NCBI GenBank assembly: GCA_003245785.1
Contig: QKCE01000155.1
Coordinates: 1 to 45,930, forward strand
Length of the DNA stretch: 45,930 nucleotides
DNA from: Spirochaetales bacterium
Lineage (GTDB): Bacteria; Spirochaetota; Spirochaetia; Treponematales; Treponemataceae
Direction: 5' to 3'
Both the position numbers and the translations under genes were made by a program. The notes below the pieces were generated by a model, which was given only the letters and a program-made list of their open reading frames with translations, made no database searches and had not been told where the DNA came from. Below, piece after piece: positions 18,292 to 27,217 of this stretch. Within the stretch, counting starts at the first letter, position 1. The number at the start of each line of letters is the position of its first letter.

Positions 18292-18909
18292 TCAAAGCTC
18301 CTTCGCGGCTTCGCGCAGGACCGCGGCGACGCGGGGATTCAGGTAAGCAGAGAAGAGGTCCGCGACGGATTCCGCCGAGAAATCGTAGTACGAGGCGCCG
18401 TCCCGGGTACCGATTCGGAACCCGCCGGCGACGCCTTGGTCGGCCTTGATCTCGAGGCCCTTCGCGATTTCCGCCTTGAGGGCGGCCGCGAATTCGGACT
18501 CGAGCGTTTTGGCGTCCGAGGGTGAGAGAATGACGGCCACGTCGTCGGAACCGGTGTTGGCGATCCAGCCCCTCACGGCGGCGGGCACGAGGTCTTTCAG
18601 CACCGCGGCGTTATACGCCGATGAGGTCTCGGAGCGTATCAGGGCGTCGAGTTCGGCGCCTATTCCGTCCCGGAAGGAGATGAGGAGGTTGCGACCCGCC
18701 TGGCGGATCGCGGAAACCGCCGCCTGTTCGAACCTGGCGGACTCGGACTCGGCCTTCTTCACGATATCGTCGGCTTCCTTCTTGGCGGCGGCCTGGATCG
18801 CGGCGGCCTTTTCCTCCGCCTTCGCGACGATCTCCGCGGCCTTGGCTTCCGCCGCCTCTACGCCGTCCTTCTTGATCTTGTTGACAAGTTCCTGCAATTG
18901 AACGTCCAT
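18292..18909 (-). CDS. atpE: V/A-type ATPase subunit E
   Basis: LQELVNKIKKDGV, Ala/Glu/Lys coiled coil, GGFRIG..YYDFS..YLNP. Confidence 0.92.
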   Translation of the reverse strand: MDVQLQELVNKIKKDGVEAAEAKAAEIVAKAEEKAAAIQAAAKKEADDIVKKAESESARFEQAAVSAIRQAGRNLLISFRDGIGAELDALIRSETSSAYNAAVLKDLVPAAVRGWIANTGSDDVAVILSPSDAKTLESEFAAALKAEIAKGLEIKADQGVAGGFRIGTRDGASYYDFSAESVADLFSAYLNPRVAAVLREAAKEL

Positions 18910-18939
18910 ACGTACCTCTTTATGTCAAAAATGAATACG

Positions 18940-18977
18940 CGTCCCGCGGCAAAAGCCTCGCTATCGCGCGCGGGACG
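18940..18977. repeat. Intergenic inverted repeat between galM and atpE
   Basis: CGTCCCGCG (18940-18948) and CGCGGGACG (18969-18977) with a 20-nt loop. Confidence 0.5.
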
Positions 18978-18989
18978 GAGGGCTTGGGG

Positions 18990-20027
18990 TCAAGCCTCGA
19001 AATCGAAATGCCAAATAGTCTGTTCCGAATATTTTTCGCCGGGAAGCAAAACGGAGTTGGGGAACTCCGGCCGGTTGGGGGCGTCGGGGAAATGCTGGGT
19101 TTCAAGGCAGAAGCCCGCGTGCTGATTGTAGGGCAGGCCGTTTTTGCCGGGGGTGCCGTTCAGGAAATTGCCGGAATAGAACTGGACTCCCGGCTGGGTC
19201 GACCATACGGTGAGCTTCCGGCCGGTGACGGGCTCGAAGGCCTCGGCGACCTGCGACGGCCCCTCGCCCGAGCGGTTGATTTCCCAGTTGTGGTCGAAAC
19301 CGCCCGCGACTTTTTCCATATCGCGGCCTATGGGCTTCGGCGAGCGGAAATCGAAGGGCGTACCGGCGACGTCCTCGATCGGGCCGAGGGGTATCGCCTG
19401 GGAATCCACGGGCACGTAGCGGTCCGCGAAAAGCTGGAGCTCGTGGCCGAGCACGTCGTCCATGAAACGCCCGCCCAGGTTGAAATAGGCATGGTTCGTC
19501 AGGCTTATCGGGGTCGCCTCGTCGGTTTTCGCCGAGTACCGGATCACGATATCGTTGTCCCGCGTGAGGCTGTAGGTTACGCGAAGATCCACGTTGCCCG
19601 GAAAGCCCTGCTCGCCCGCGGGGCTGGTGCGCCGGAATATTACCCCGGCTTCCCGGGTATTCACGAACATCTCGGCCTTCCAAACCATCTTGTTGTAGCC
19701 GTTGAACCCGGAGTGAAGGCAGTTGCCGCCGTCGTTCGCGTCGAGGGCGTATTTCTCGCCGCCTACCGAAAAAGATGCCTTGCCGATGCGGTTCGCGAAG
19801 CGGCCCACGAGACAGCCAAAATAGGACGGATTCGCGATATATCCCTCCAGGGTCGAATAACCGAGGGTTACGTCGTCTTTCGTGCCGATTTTGTTCGGAA
19901 GCAATATGCTGGTGATGATACAACCGAAATTGGTAACGGAAAATGACATATTACCGTTGGATACGGTGAAAAGTTTTACTTTTTCCCCCGTAGAAAGGGT
20001 TCCGAAAGCGCTTTTTTTGATTTTCAC
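18990..20027 (-). CDS. galM: Aldose 1-epimerase (galactose mutarotase)
   Basis: GRFANRI, LHSG..G, QGFPGN, LTNHAYFNL, GFDHNW, QPGVQFYSGNFL and FCLETQHFPDAPN. GTG start after AGGAG. Confidence 0.95.
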   Translation of the reverse strand: MKIKKSAFGTLSTGEKVKLFTVSNGNMSFSVTNFGCIITSILLPNKIGTKDDVTLGYSTLEGYIANPSYFGCLVGRFANRIGKASFSVGGEKYALDANDGGNCLHSGFNGYNKMVWKAEMFVNTREAGVIFRRTSPAGEQGFPGNVDLRVTYSLTRDNDIVIRYSAKTDEATPISLTNHAYFNLGGRFMDDVLGHELQLFADRYVPVDSQAIPLGPIEDVAGTPFDFRSPKPIGRDMEKVAGGFDHNWEINRSGEGPSQVAEAFEPVTGRKLTVWSTQPGVQFYSGNFLNGTPGKNGLPYNQHAGFCLETQHFPDAPNRPEFPNSVLLPGEKYSEQTIWHFDFEA

Positions 20028-20056
20028 GGTTCACTCCTGATGCATCGCTTTCTAGT

Positions 20057-20085
20057 AGTTTATCTGAGGGATACTGACTTTGCAA
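20057..20085 (-). promoter_or_regulatory. Putative sigma70 promoter for galM
   Basis: TTGCAA-17 nt-TAAACT on the minus strand in an AT-rich divergent spacer. Confidence 0.5.
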
Positions 20086-20094
20086 GGTGATTTG

Positions 20095-20124
20095 TTGCCA
20101 AAACAACCTTTTCCTGTGTATAGT
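20095..20124 (+). promoter_or_regulatory. Putative sigma70 promoter for the J-domain gene
   Basis: TTGCCA-18 nt-TATAGT, ending 11 nt before ATG 20136. Confidence 0.45.
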
Positions 20125-20135
20125 TTTGAGACATC

Positions 20136-20531
20136 ATGGCGACAGGTAATTTTTACGACAGACTTGGGGATCTCTTGAAGGACGGGCTCGAATCCGACGA
20201 GGACCCCTTCGTCGCCTGGGATTCCCACGGCGGCAAGACCCGAAGCGCGGGGGGCATGAAGGAAAGAAGGCCTCCTCCCCGCCCCAAGCCGGAAGAAGAC
20301 ACCGTGCGGGTACCCGACGAACTCCTCGAGGATTATTTCGCCCTCGGCCTCAGGCCCGGAGTTTCGGCGGAAGCCGCGAAGGCCGCGTGGAAACGGTTGC
20401 TCAAGCTCCACCATCCGGACCGCTTCGCGAACCGGCCCGACAAGGCCGAGGAAGCGACGAAACGCTCGATCCGGATTACCGATTCCTACCGTCGCATCGT
20501 CCGCTGGTTCGAGACCGGCAAGCTCGACTGA
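20136..20531 (+). CDS. Small DnaJ (J-domain) protein
   Basis: DYFALGL..KAAWKRLLKLHHPDRF..EEAT..ITDSY J-domain with intact HPD. Confidence 0.85.
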   Translation: MATGNFYDRLGDLLKDGLESDEDPFVAWDSHGGKTRSAGGMKERRPPPRPKPEEDTVRVPDELLEDYFALGLRPGVSAEAAKAAWKRLLKLHHPDRFANRPDKAEEATKRSIRITDSYRRIVRWFETGKLD

Positions 20532-20534
20532 GCC

Positions 20535-21929
20535 TCAGCCGCCCGCGTCGGGCTCCCCTTCCTCCCCCTCTCCCGAACCGTCTTTCGACATCCCGTATTC
20601 GTCCAGCTTGCGATGGAGGGTTTTTCGCCCGATTCCAAGAACCTCCGCGGTCTTGCTCTTGTTGCCGTTCTGGGCGCTGAGGGTCTGGAGAATCACTTCC
20701 TTCTCCGCTTCCGCCATCGAAACCCCCACGGGGATGCGGATCGAGGCGGCATCGGTTCCGGCGCGGATGGACGGCGGCAGGTCGTCGAGGGTAATGACGG
20801 TCCCCGAGGTCATGACGACCGCGCTTTCGAGGCAATTCCTCAGCTGTCGCACGTTACCGGGCCAATCGTAGGCATAGAGAACCGAACGGGCCCTCGGGTC
20901 GATGCCCTCGATTTTCTTCCCGTTGTCTTCCGCGAATTCCTTTATGAACGCCGTGATCATCAGGGGCAAATCGTCCTTGCGCTCCCGCAAGGGCGGAACG
21001 TGGATCCTGACCACGTTGAGGCGGTAATAAAGGTCTTCCCGGAACCGGCCCTCGGCGATTTCCTTCTCGAGGTCCCGGTTCGTGGCGGTAACCACCCGGA
21101 CGTCGACCTCGAGGGTCTCCTCCCCGCCCACGCGCTCGAACCTCTTCTCCTGGAGCACCCGGAGTATCTTTATCTGAACCTGCTGGTTAATTTCCCCTAT
21201 TTCGTCCAGGAAGATGGTGCCGGTGTTCGCGAGCTCGAATCGGCCCCGCTTCCGGGCGATCGCCCCGGTGAAGGAGCCCTTTTCATGGCCGAAAAGCTCG
21301 CTCTCGAGGATGGTTTCCGCGAGGGCGGCGCAATGCACCTTGATGAAGGGGCTTTCCTGCCGGGGCGACAGGTTGTGGAGGGCGTTGGCGATCAGTTCCT
21401 TGCCGACCCCGCTCTCGCCCGTGATCAGCACCGAGGCCTTCGTGGGGGCGACCCGCTTGAGGACCTCGAATACCTTGAGCATCGCCGGGCTCTTCCCGAT
21501 TATGTGCTCGAAGGATTTCCGGTTTTCCATTTCCCGCTCGAGCTCCCGGTGCTGAAGCACGAGCTCCCGGTTCTGGAGCGCCCGTTTCACCAGAAGGGAA
21601 AGGCGATCCAGGTTGAGGGGCTTCGTGAGGAAATCGTATGCCCCGGCGCGCATGGCCTCCACGGCGTTTTCTACCGTGCCGTGACCGGTCAGCACGATGA
21701 CCGGTATGCCCGGCGACTCGGTGCTCACCCGGCGGAGCACTTCCTCGCCGGAAACGCCGGGCATGCGAAGGTCGGTAATCACGAGGTCCACGTCGGACTT
21801 GAGGGCGATATCGAGTCCCTCGGCGCCGTCGGCGGCCAGCAACACCTCGTAGCCGTCGAGCTCGAGGGCCGCCTGGAGCCCGGTGCGGATGTTCTTTTCG
21901 TCGTCGATCACGAGTATCGTGAATTTCAT
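20535..21929 (-). CDS. rrp2: Sigma54-dependent NtrC-family response regulator (Rrp2-like)
   Basis: Receiver domain (DD, DLRMP, LTGHG, KP), AAA+ GESGVGKE, ESELFGHEKGSFTGA, FLDEIGE, WPGNVRQL and Fis HTH. Confidence 0.93.
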   Translation of the reverse strand: MKFTILVIDDEKNIRTGLQAALELDGYEVLLAADGAEGLDIALKSDVDLVITDLRMPGVSGEEVLRRVSTESPGIPVIVLTGHGTVENAVEAMRAGAYDFLTKPLNLDRLSLLVKRALQNRELVLQHRELEREMENRKSFEHIIGKSPAMLKVFEVLKRVAPTKASVLITGESGVGKELIANALHNLSPRQESPFIKVHCAALAETILESELFGHEKGSFTGAIARKRGRFELANTGTIFLDEIGEINQQVQIKILRVLQEKRFERVGGEETLEVDVRVVTATNRDLEKEIAEGRFREDLYYRLNVVRIHVPPLRERKDDLPLMITAFIKEFAEDNGKKIEGIDPRARSVLYAYDWPGNVRQLRNCLESAVVMTSGTVITLDDLPPSIRAGTDAASIRIPVGVSMAEAEKEVILQTLSAQNGNKSKTAEVLGIGRKTLHRKLDEYGMSKDGSGEGEEGEPDAGG

Positions 21930-23098
21930 GGCTCCCTGCCCTCCTCGTATCCGATCATGCGCTGGGCCCGCCGCATTACCGGCAGCTTGACCGAGAACGT
22001 AGTGCCGGCCCCTATCTCGGACTGTACCCGGATATCGCCCCCGTGCTCCTTGACCACCTTGTAGGCCATGGTCAGCCCGAGGCCGGTGCCGTCGATCTTG
22101 GTGGTGAAGTAGGGCTCGAAAATCTTCGGGAGCACTTCCTCGGGAATGCCCATCCCGTTATCGCTCACCGAAATGGTTATGAAATCGTCGTCACGCCGCG
22201 TCTTGAGGGCTATCTCCCCGCCCTCGGGGAGGGCGGCCATGGCGTTCTTTATCAGGTTGATGAACATCTGCCTGAGGAGGCGCTCGTCCCCCCAAATTTG
22301 GGGCAGGTCGGAGTCGAGCTCGCGCCCGATGTCGATCCCCGCGCGGTCGCATTCCTCCCGGAAGAAGTCCACCAGGGACTCCACGAGGGCGTTCGCGTCC
22401 ATGGGCAGGGGCTCGACCCGGATGGGCCGGACGGCGAAAAGGAAATCCACCACGATGCGGTTCAGGCGGTCTATTTCCTCGTCGATGATGCCGAGGTATT
22501 TCAGCGCGGGGTCTTCGTTCTCGATGCCCTTGGCGATCGCCGCTTTTCTTAAAAGCTGTACGTAAATGCTGATGGACCCGAGGGGATTCTTGATTTCGTG
22601 GGCGACCGTGGCGGCGAGATTCGTGAGGCTCGCGAGGCTTTCGAGCCTCCGGTGCCTCATCTCCTCGCCCTTTTTTTTCGTGATGTCCTCGATCGTGATG
22701 ATCGTGCCGCGCACCCGCTTCGAGCGGACGAGCGGCATTATGCTGCTGCTCAAAAAACGCGAGCCGGATAATTCCTCGATCTGGAATTCCCGGGCCGTCA
22801 CGGTTTCCTCGTTCTCGACCGTTTCCTGGACGAACTCGGCGATGTCCCGGTCCCGGATGCAGGCCCACACCGGCCGGTCCTGCACGTCGTGATACTCGAA
22901 GGGGAGGATTCGCGCCGCGGCCTTGTTGTTCTGCACGAGGATATGGTAAGGATCGCAGACGAGCACGCCGGTTCCCAGGGAATCGAGTACCGAATCGAGA
23001 AGCTCGTATTCCTCGGTCACCAGGGAAAGGAGGCTCTGTATCTGGTCCCCGTTCATCTTGGACGTCTTCTGGAGCGCCCTCCGGATAAACTCCCTCAC
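21926..23098 (-). CDS. hk2: PAS-domain sensor histidine kinase (Hk2/NtrB-like)
   Basis: AHEIKNPL H-box, NLIKNA, DNGMG, FEPYFTTK and GTGLGL. No TM segments. 4-nt overlap with the regulator. Confidence 0.92.
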   Translation of the reverse strand: MREFIRRALQKTSKMNGDQIQSLLSLVTEEYELLDSVLDSLGTGVLVCDPYHILVQNNKAAARILPFEYHDVQDRPVWACIRDRDIAEFVQETVENEETVTAREFQIEELSGSRFLSSSIMPLVRSKRVRGTIITIEDITKKKGEEMRHRRLESLASLTNLAATVAHEIKNPLGSISIYVQLLRKAAIAKGIENEDPALKYLGIIDEEIDRLNRIVVDFLFAVRPIRVEPLPMDANALVESLVDFFREECDRAGIDIGRELDSDLPQIWGDERLLRQMFINLIKNAMAALPEGGEIALKTRRDDDFITISVSDNGMGIPEEVLPKIFEPYFTTKIDGTGLGLTMAYKVVKEHGGDIRVQSEIGAGTTFSVKLPVMRRAQRMIGYEEGREP

Positions 23099-23116
23099 GC
23101 CGCGCCCTCCCTTCCG

Positions 23117-24385
23117 TCAGCACGCATCCCGCATCTCCACTGAAAGAAGCTCGAGGGCCGAGACGGGATTGACGTTGTACACGTCCACCGCGTCGAGTGC
23201 CTTCCGAATCGAGGCGGTCCACGCGGCGAAGGCGGCGGTTTCCCTCGCGTCCGCTTGCCCGCCGGCGAGGGCCTTGCGCATCAGCCCCGCGACGGACGAG
23301 AGGAAGAGGTGCCACACGATGCCGGGCTTGCACTTGTTGAGCATGGCGACGATTTGGGAGGGACCTACCGCCCGGGGTATTTCCTGCCCGGCGAGTACCT
23401 CGTCCACCGCTGCCCGAAGTCCCGGCAGGGGCCGCCTGCCCGAGTCGATCGCGAGCTTGAGGGTAAGGTCCGCGAAAAGAGCCGCGGCCGCGGAAATATT
23501 TTCCGGCGGGACCGGGAGGTAGCGGTAGAAGAACGATGACAGATTATCCGCCCCCGAGGGCTCCCCACGAAACACCCGGGAGATCACCTCGCCGACCGCG
23601 TCCTTGTCCCTCTCGAGAAAGGCGTAGGTGCGAACCCTCGAAAGGATCGTGGGCATGATCGCTCCCCGCCTCGAGGTGGTGAGCACGAAAACCACGTTCG
23701 AAGGCGGCTCTTCGAGTATCTTGAGGAAGGCGTTCCGGGCGGATTCCTGCATTCGGTCCGCCCTCTCGACCACGAGAACCTTGGTCTTGCCGGAAGGCGT
23801 CAACCGGGCCCAAGCCGCGGCGTTGCGGACCTGCGCCACGGGCACGCTGTCCCAGAGGCACTCGCCCTCGAGCTTTTCCGCGAGTTCCACCGCGGCGTTT
23901 ACCGTTTTCGCGAGGGTTTCGGTGTCTTCGGGAATGGGCCTGGACGGGGAAAGTTCCTCGAGGCGCTCCTCCAAATCCTCCAGGATGGGCGCGGCCTTCG
24001 AGAATTTCGCGTCGTCCCGCTCGTTGAGCGCCGGGGAGAAGCGCAAGGCGAGCTTTCGCAGGGAGCGCACGAAAAGGTACCTCGTGGGTACGGTGCGGTT
24101 CGCGAGGAAGGCCGCGGCGGCGGCGCGGATTTCGAGGGCGCAATCCTTCGGGCCTATCAGCAGCAGGTCGGGGTGCGAAAGCTCCTTGTGCCTCGCGCAG
24201 GACGGGCACGTACAGGTCCAGGCGCCCCCCGATTCGCAGGAAAGGACGCGGGCGAGCTCGATCGCGCAGGTTAGCTTGCCGGAAGTCGCCGGACCCGAGA
24301 AGAGGATGGACGGAGGAAGGCGTTTGGCCGCGATATCCTCGGCCAGGAGACCGGAGGCCGGTTGGGCTATCAGGTTTTCGAACAT
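23117..24385 (-). CDS. holB: DNA polymerase III delta'-like clamp-loader subunit
   Basis: ILFSGP..SGK, C..CTCPSC zinc motif, HPDLL, NAFLKILEEPP and PTILSR. Confidence 0.8.
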   Translation of the reverse strand: MFENLIAQPASGLLAEDIAAKRLPPSILFSGPATSGKLTCAIELARVLSCESGGAWTCTCPSCARHKELSHPDLLLIGPKDCALEIRAAAAAFLANRTVPTRYLFVRSLRKLALRFSPALNERDDAKFSKAAPILEDLEERLEELSPSRPIPEDTETLAKTVNAAVELAEKLEGECLWDSVPVAQVRNAAAWARLTPSGKTKVLVVERADRMQESARNAFLKILEEPPSNVVFVLTTSRRGAIMPTILSRVRTYAFLERDKDAVGEVISRVFRGEPSGADNLSSFFYRYLPVPPENISAAAALFADLTLKLAIDSGRRPLPGLRAAVDEVLAGQEIPRAVGPSQIVAMLNKCKPGIVWHLFLSSVAGLMRKALAGGQADARETAAFAAWTASIRKALDAVDVYNVNPVSALELLSVEMRDAC

Positions 24386-24395
24386 GGCGTATACC

Positions 24396-24914
24396 TCACT
24401 GTTGCGCCGGCGCGATAATCATGGGCGTGACGCCCGGGACGAACGACGGTATGGTTCTTACCGTATTCGCCAGTATGGGGTCGAAAAGCCGGGCGAAAAC
24501 GCTCCGGTTGAGGAGCGGCCCCGCGTCGAACCAGGGCTGGAGTCTCAGGATGACCAGTATTCCCATTACGAGCAGGAGGCCTTCGGCTATCCCGAGAAAG
24601 AAGCCGAGGGCGCGATCGAGATTCGAAAGGGATTCTCCCTCGAAAGCCGAGCCCACGATCTGCTGAATCACCTTGAAAAGGACGTAAACCGCGAGGAAAA
24701 CGAGGAGAAACGCCGCCACGCCGGTGAAAGTCTGCTCGCCGGTGTAGGGCCTCAGGGCTTCCGCGAGCTTGCGGTACAGGAGTATGGCCGCGATGATCCC
24801 GACGATTACCGCCGCCTTGGAAAAAAATTCCGATATGAAGCCCGCGATGGTGACCCGGACGGCCATGAACGCGATGAGGACCAACAGGACTATATCGAAG
24901 GGATAAATCGTCAT
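24396..24914 (-). CDS. cvpA: CvpA (colicin V production) family membrane protein
   Basis: D..L..GFISE, 4 TM segments, LDRALGFFLG..EG. Confidence 0.88.
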   Translation of the reverse strand: MTIYPFDIVLLVLIAFMAVRVTIAGFISEFFSKAAVIVGIIAAILLYRKLAEALRPYTGEQTFTGVAAFLLVFLAVYVLFKVIQQIVGSAFEGESLSNLDRALGFFLGIAEGLLLVMGILVILRLQPWFDAGPLLNRSVFARLFDPILANTVRTIPSFVPGVTPMIIAPAQQ

Positions 24915-26038
24915 CGGGCGGTCTCCGGTTCCGCGGCGGCGAGGATATCGAGAAGGGAACGGGCGATGGTCTTTGCGGGCGGCGCCCCGGCGAGGGCTCC
25001 CGAGTTCGCCGCCATTTTCTCAAGAAGGCCCGGCGTGGCTACCGCCCGCTGCAGGGCGTCCAGCAGGTTCGCCGCCGTCGCCTCCCCGCCCGCGAGCATG
25101 ACCGCGGCTCCCCGCTCGACGAAATACCGCGCGTTGTCCACCTGATCGCCTCGGGTGCCCGAGCCGGTCAGGGGAACCAAAACCATGGGAGTACCGGTCA
25201 CCGCGCATTCCCATACGGTATTCGCGCCGGAACGGGCAAGTACCAGGTCCGCAGCGGCGAGAACGTCGGGCATTTCCTTACCGATGAAAGGAAAGGGCTT
25301 GTACCGGGCCCGGAGCTCCGGGCTTCTCGGGTAGGTCGCCTGGTCCATGTTTTTCGCGCCCATCTGGTGTACGACCGTGAACCGTTCGCAGAGCATGTCG
25401 ACGCTTTCCGCCACGAGGGCGTTTATTTGCCTCGCCCCGAGGCTCCCTCCCTGCACGAAGAGGACGGGGAGCTTATCGGATCCCAACCCGAGATATTCCC
25501 GGCCCCGTTCCGCCGAGGCGGAATAAAAGGCGGGACGCACCGGGTTCCCGGTCACTTTCACGAGGTTCCTGTATTTGGGGTTTATATGCGAAGCGGTTTC
25601 CTCGAAGGATACGTAAATCGCCGAGGCGACCCTCGCGTTGATCCGGGTCGCGAGACCCGGGGTCACGTCGCATTCGTGGGTTACGACCGGTATCCCGAGA
25701 AGCTTCGCCGCGATGCAGGGGGGAACGCTCGCGAACCCTCCCTTCGAAAAGAGGATTGAAGGCTTTAATTTGGTCAATACGCCAATAGAGGCGAAAAACC
25801 CCGCCGCGATCCTGAATATGTCGATGAAGTTTTCTACGCTCGCGTAACGGCGAAGCTTTCCGCTGGGAATTCCGTAGAAAGGGAGCCCGTGACCCTCGAC
25901 TATTTCCCTGTCCATGCCCCGGGAGGAGCCGATCCAGGCCACCGAAACGTCCCCGGCCTGGCGAAGTTCGTCCGCTATCGCGAGACCCGGGAAGATATGC
26001 CCCCCGGTACCGCCTCCGGCAAAAACGATTGTTGTCAT
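24911..26038 (-). CDS. murG: Undecaprenyldiphospho-muramoylpentapeptide beta-N-acetylglucosaminyltransferase
   Basis: GGGTGGHIFPG, SGKLRRY, KGGFAS.P, TGNPVR, GGSLGA, RSGANT and DQVDNA. Confidence 0.96.
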   Translation of the reverse strand: MTTIVFAGGGTGGHIFPGLAIADELRQAGDVSVAWIGSSRGMDREIVEGHGLPFYGIPSGKLRRYASVENFIDIFRIAAGFFASIGVLTKLKPSILFSKGGFASVPPCIAAKLLGIPVVTHECDVTPGLATRINARVASAIYVSFEETASHINPKYRNLVKVTGNPVRPAFYSASAERGREYLGLGSDKLPVLFVQGGSLGARQINALVAESVDMLCERFTVVHQMGAKNMDQATYPRSPELRARYKPFPFIGKEMPDVLAAADLVLARSGANTVWECAVTGTPMVLVPLTGSGTRGDQVDNARYFVERGAAVMLAGGEATAANLLDALQRAVATPGLLEKMAANSGALAGAPPAKTIARSLLDILAAAEPETAR

Positions 26039-26051
26039 GCCGCCCAGTGTA

Positions 26052-26954
26052 TCATGATGAAGGGGGGTTGAAAAGCTCCGTTAATTCCTTGTTGTTGAAC
26101 AGTTTCGCGTAAGCCGACGCGGACATCCCGAGCTTGTCGGAGACGTTAGGGTCCGCCCCGTGCGCCACGAGAAGCCTGCACTGGGGTACGTCGCCCCGCC
26201 CTGCCGCGAGAATGAGCGCCGTCTGGCCGTCCTTGCTACGGATCGAGGCGTCGGCCCCGTGGGCGAGTAAAATCTCGAGTATCGCGAGATCGCCTTTCTG
26301 GGCAGCGTCCATAAGGGGCGAATATCCGCGATCCCCGGAAAGATGATCCACGTCGGCGCCGGCTTCCAGGAGTATCTCGACGATTTCCGGATAATTCGCC
26401 CTCACGGCGACCGTTAGGAGCGGATTGCCCCGCGAATCCTTCATGTCAGGATCGAACCCCGCCTCGATGAACAAACGCGCGGATTCCGCGTCGCCCGCGC
26501 CCACGATAATCGCGAAATTCTCCGGAAACACCGAAATGCCCCGGTTCAGCAGGGTTTCCCTGGCGCGATCGTGACGTTCTTCCTCCCGGTAGCGTATATC
26601 TTCGGCGGCGAGGTAATCCTCGAACTCGTCCGGCTTGAGGACGATGCCGAGGTGGGCGCAATTTTCGGGAATTTCCAGTGGTTTGGAAAATTCCACCAGG
26701 ATGACGCGCATGCCCCGTCCCAGGGCGTATCCGGAAAGGAATGAGAAAGGCAACGCGTCGGCGAAATTCCCGTCGTGGAGAAAGACCGCGTGGGACACGT
26801 CCTCGAAGGCGTGCAGGGGATTACGGTATTTTTCCCGGTCGAAAAGCTCGTTGACCGCCACCACGCGCATGTCGCATTTTTGCGCCCGGAGCATCGTCTC
26901 GATGCCCGACACGTAATTTGCGTTATCGAGTTCATGGAAAACAAGAACGTTCAC
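26052..26954 (-). CDS. Ankyrin-repeat protein with an N-terminal alpha/beta domain
   Basis: Repeats GNPLLTVA, GYSPLMDAA, GQTALILAA and GMSASAYA with LL.AGAD/HGAD. GTG start at 26954 behind GAGGT; the longer computed ORF runs through the tRNA. Confidence 0.85.
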   Translation of the reverse strand: MNVLVFHELDNANYVSGIETMLRAQKCDMRVVAVNELFDREKYRNPLHAFEDVSHAVFLHDGNFADALPFSFLSGYALGRGMRVILVEFSKPLEIPENCAHLGIVLKPDEFEDYLAAEDIRYREEERHDRARETLLNRGISVFPENFAIIVGAGDAESARLFIEAGFDPDMKDSRGNPLLTVAVRANYPEIVEILLEAGADVDHLSGDRGYSPLMDAAQKGDLAILEILLAHGADASIRSKDGQTALILAAGRGDVPQCRLLVAHGADPNVSDKLGMSASAYAKLFNNKELTELFNPPSS

Positions 26955-27027
26955 GGCGACCTCTGATATTCGCGATTTCTTGCTTCTATTTTCGACGGGA
27001 AAGGCGGGAATATAAACATGAAGGGAT

Positions 27028-27063
27028 AAAAAAAGGAAGAAAGACCGATAGTCTTTCTTCCTT
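27028..27063 (-). terminator. Rho-independent terminator after tRNA-Phe
   Basis: 13-bp stem AAGGAAGAAAGAC/GTCTTTCTTCCTT with a 5-nt loop, then a T run on the minus strand. Confidence 0.8.
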
Positions 27064-27067
27064 CGTT

Positions 27068-27143
27068 TGGTGCCGTCGGACAGAATTGAACTGTCGACAC
27101 ATGGATTTTCAGTCCATTGCTCTACCAACTGAGCTACAACGGC
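27068..27143 (-). tRNA. tRNA-Phe (GAA)
   Basis: 76 nt: GCCGTTG TA GCTCAGTTGGTAGAGC A ATGGA CTGAAAA TCCAT GTGTC GACAG TTCAATT CTGTC CGACGGC ACCA. All four stems pair and CCA is encoded. Confidence 0.97.
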
Positions 27144-27155
27144 CCGATGGATAGT

Positions 27156-27184
27156 TTTATACCCTGTATGAAAAAAAATGTCAA
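27156..27184 (-). promoter_or_regulatory. Sigma70 promoter of tRNA-Phe
   Basis: TTGACA-17 nt-TATAAA on the minus strand, 12 nt upstream of the mature tRNA 5' end. Confidence 0.8.
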
Positions 27185-27217
27185 CCACCGGGGGGAAAAA
27201 ACTACCCGGCGGTTTTC

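Noticed and set aside
11727-18909. Missing F and G/H subunits in the V-ATPase operon
   Set aside because: The E-C-A-B-D-I-K layout is the normal spirochete/chlamydial arrangement.
20080-20101. Sigma54 -24/-12 promoter (TTGGCA...TTGCA on the minus strand) near rrp2
   Set aside because: GG to GC spacing is 14 nt instead of the required 10.
21265-21282. GSFTGA instead of GAFTGA in the enhancer-binding protein
   Set aside because: A common functional variant; not evidence of sigma54 independence.
27068-27143. tRNA-Phe as the attachment site of a genomic island
   Set aside because: No integrase nearby, and I saw no duplicate of the tRNA 3' end in the window.
26955-27188. N-terminal extension of the ankyrin ORF from the computed track
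   Set aside because: It overlaps tRNA-Phe, its promoter and its terminator; a GTG with RBS at 26954 is the sensible start.
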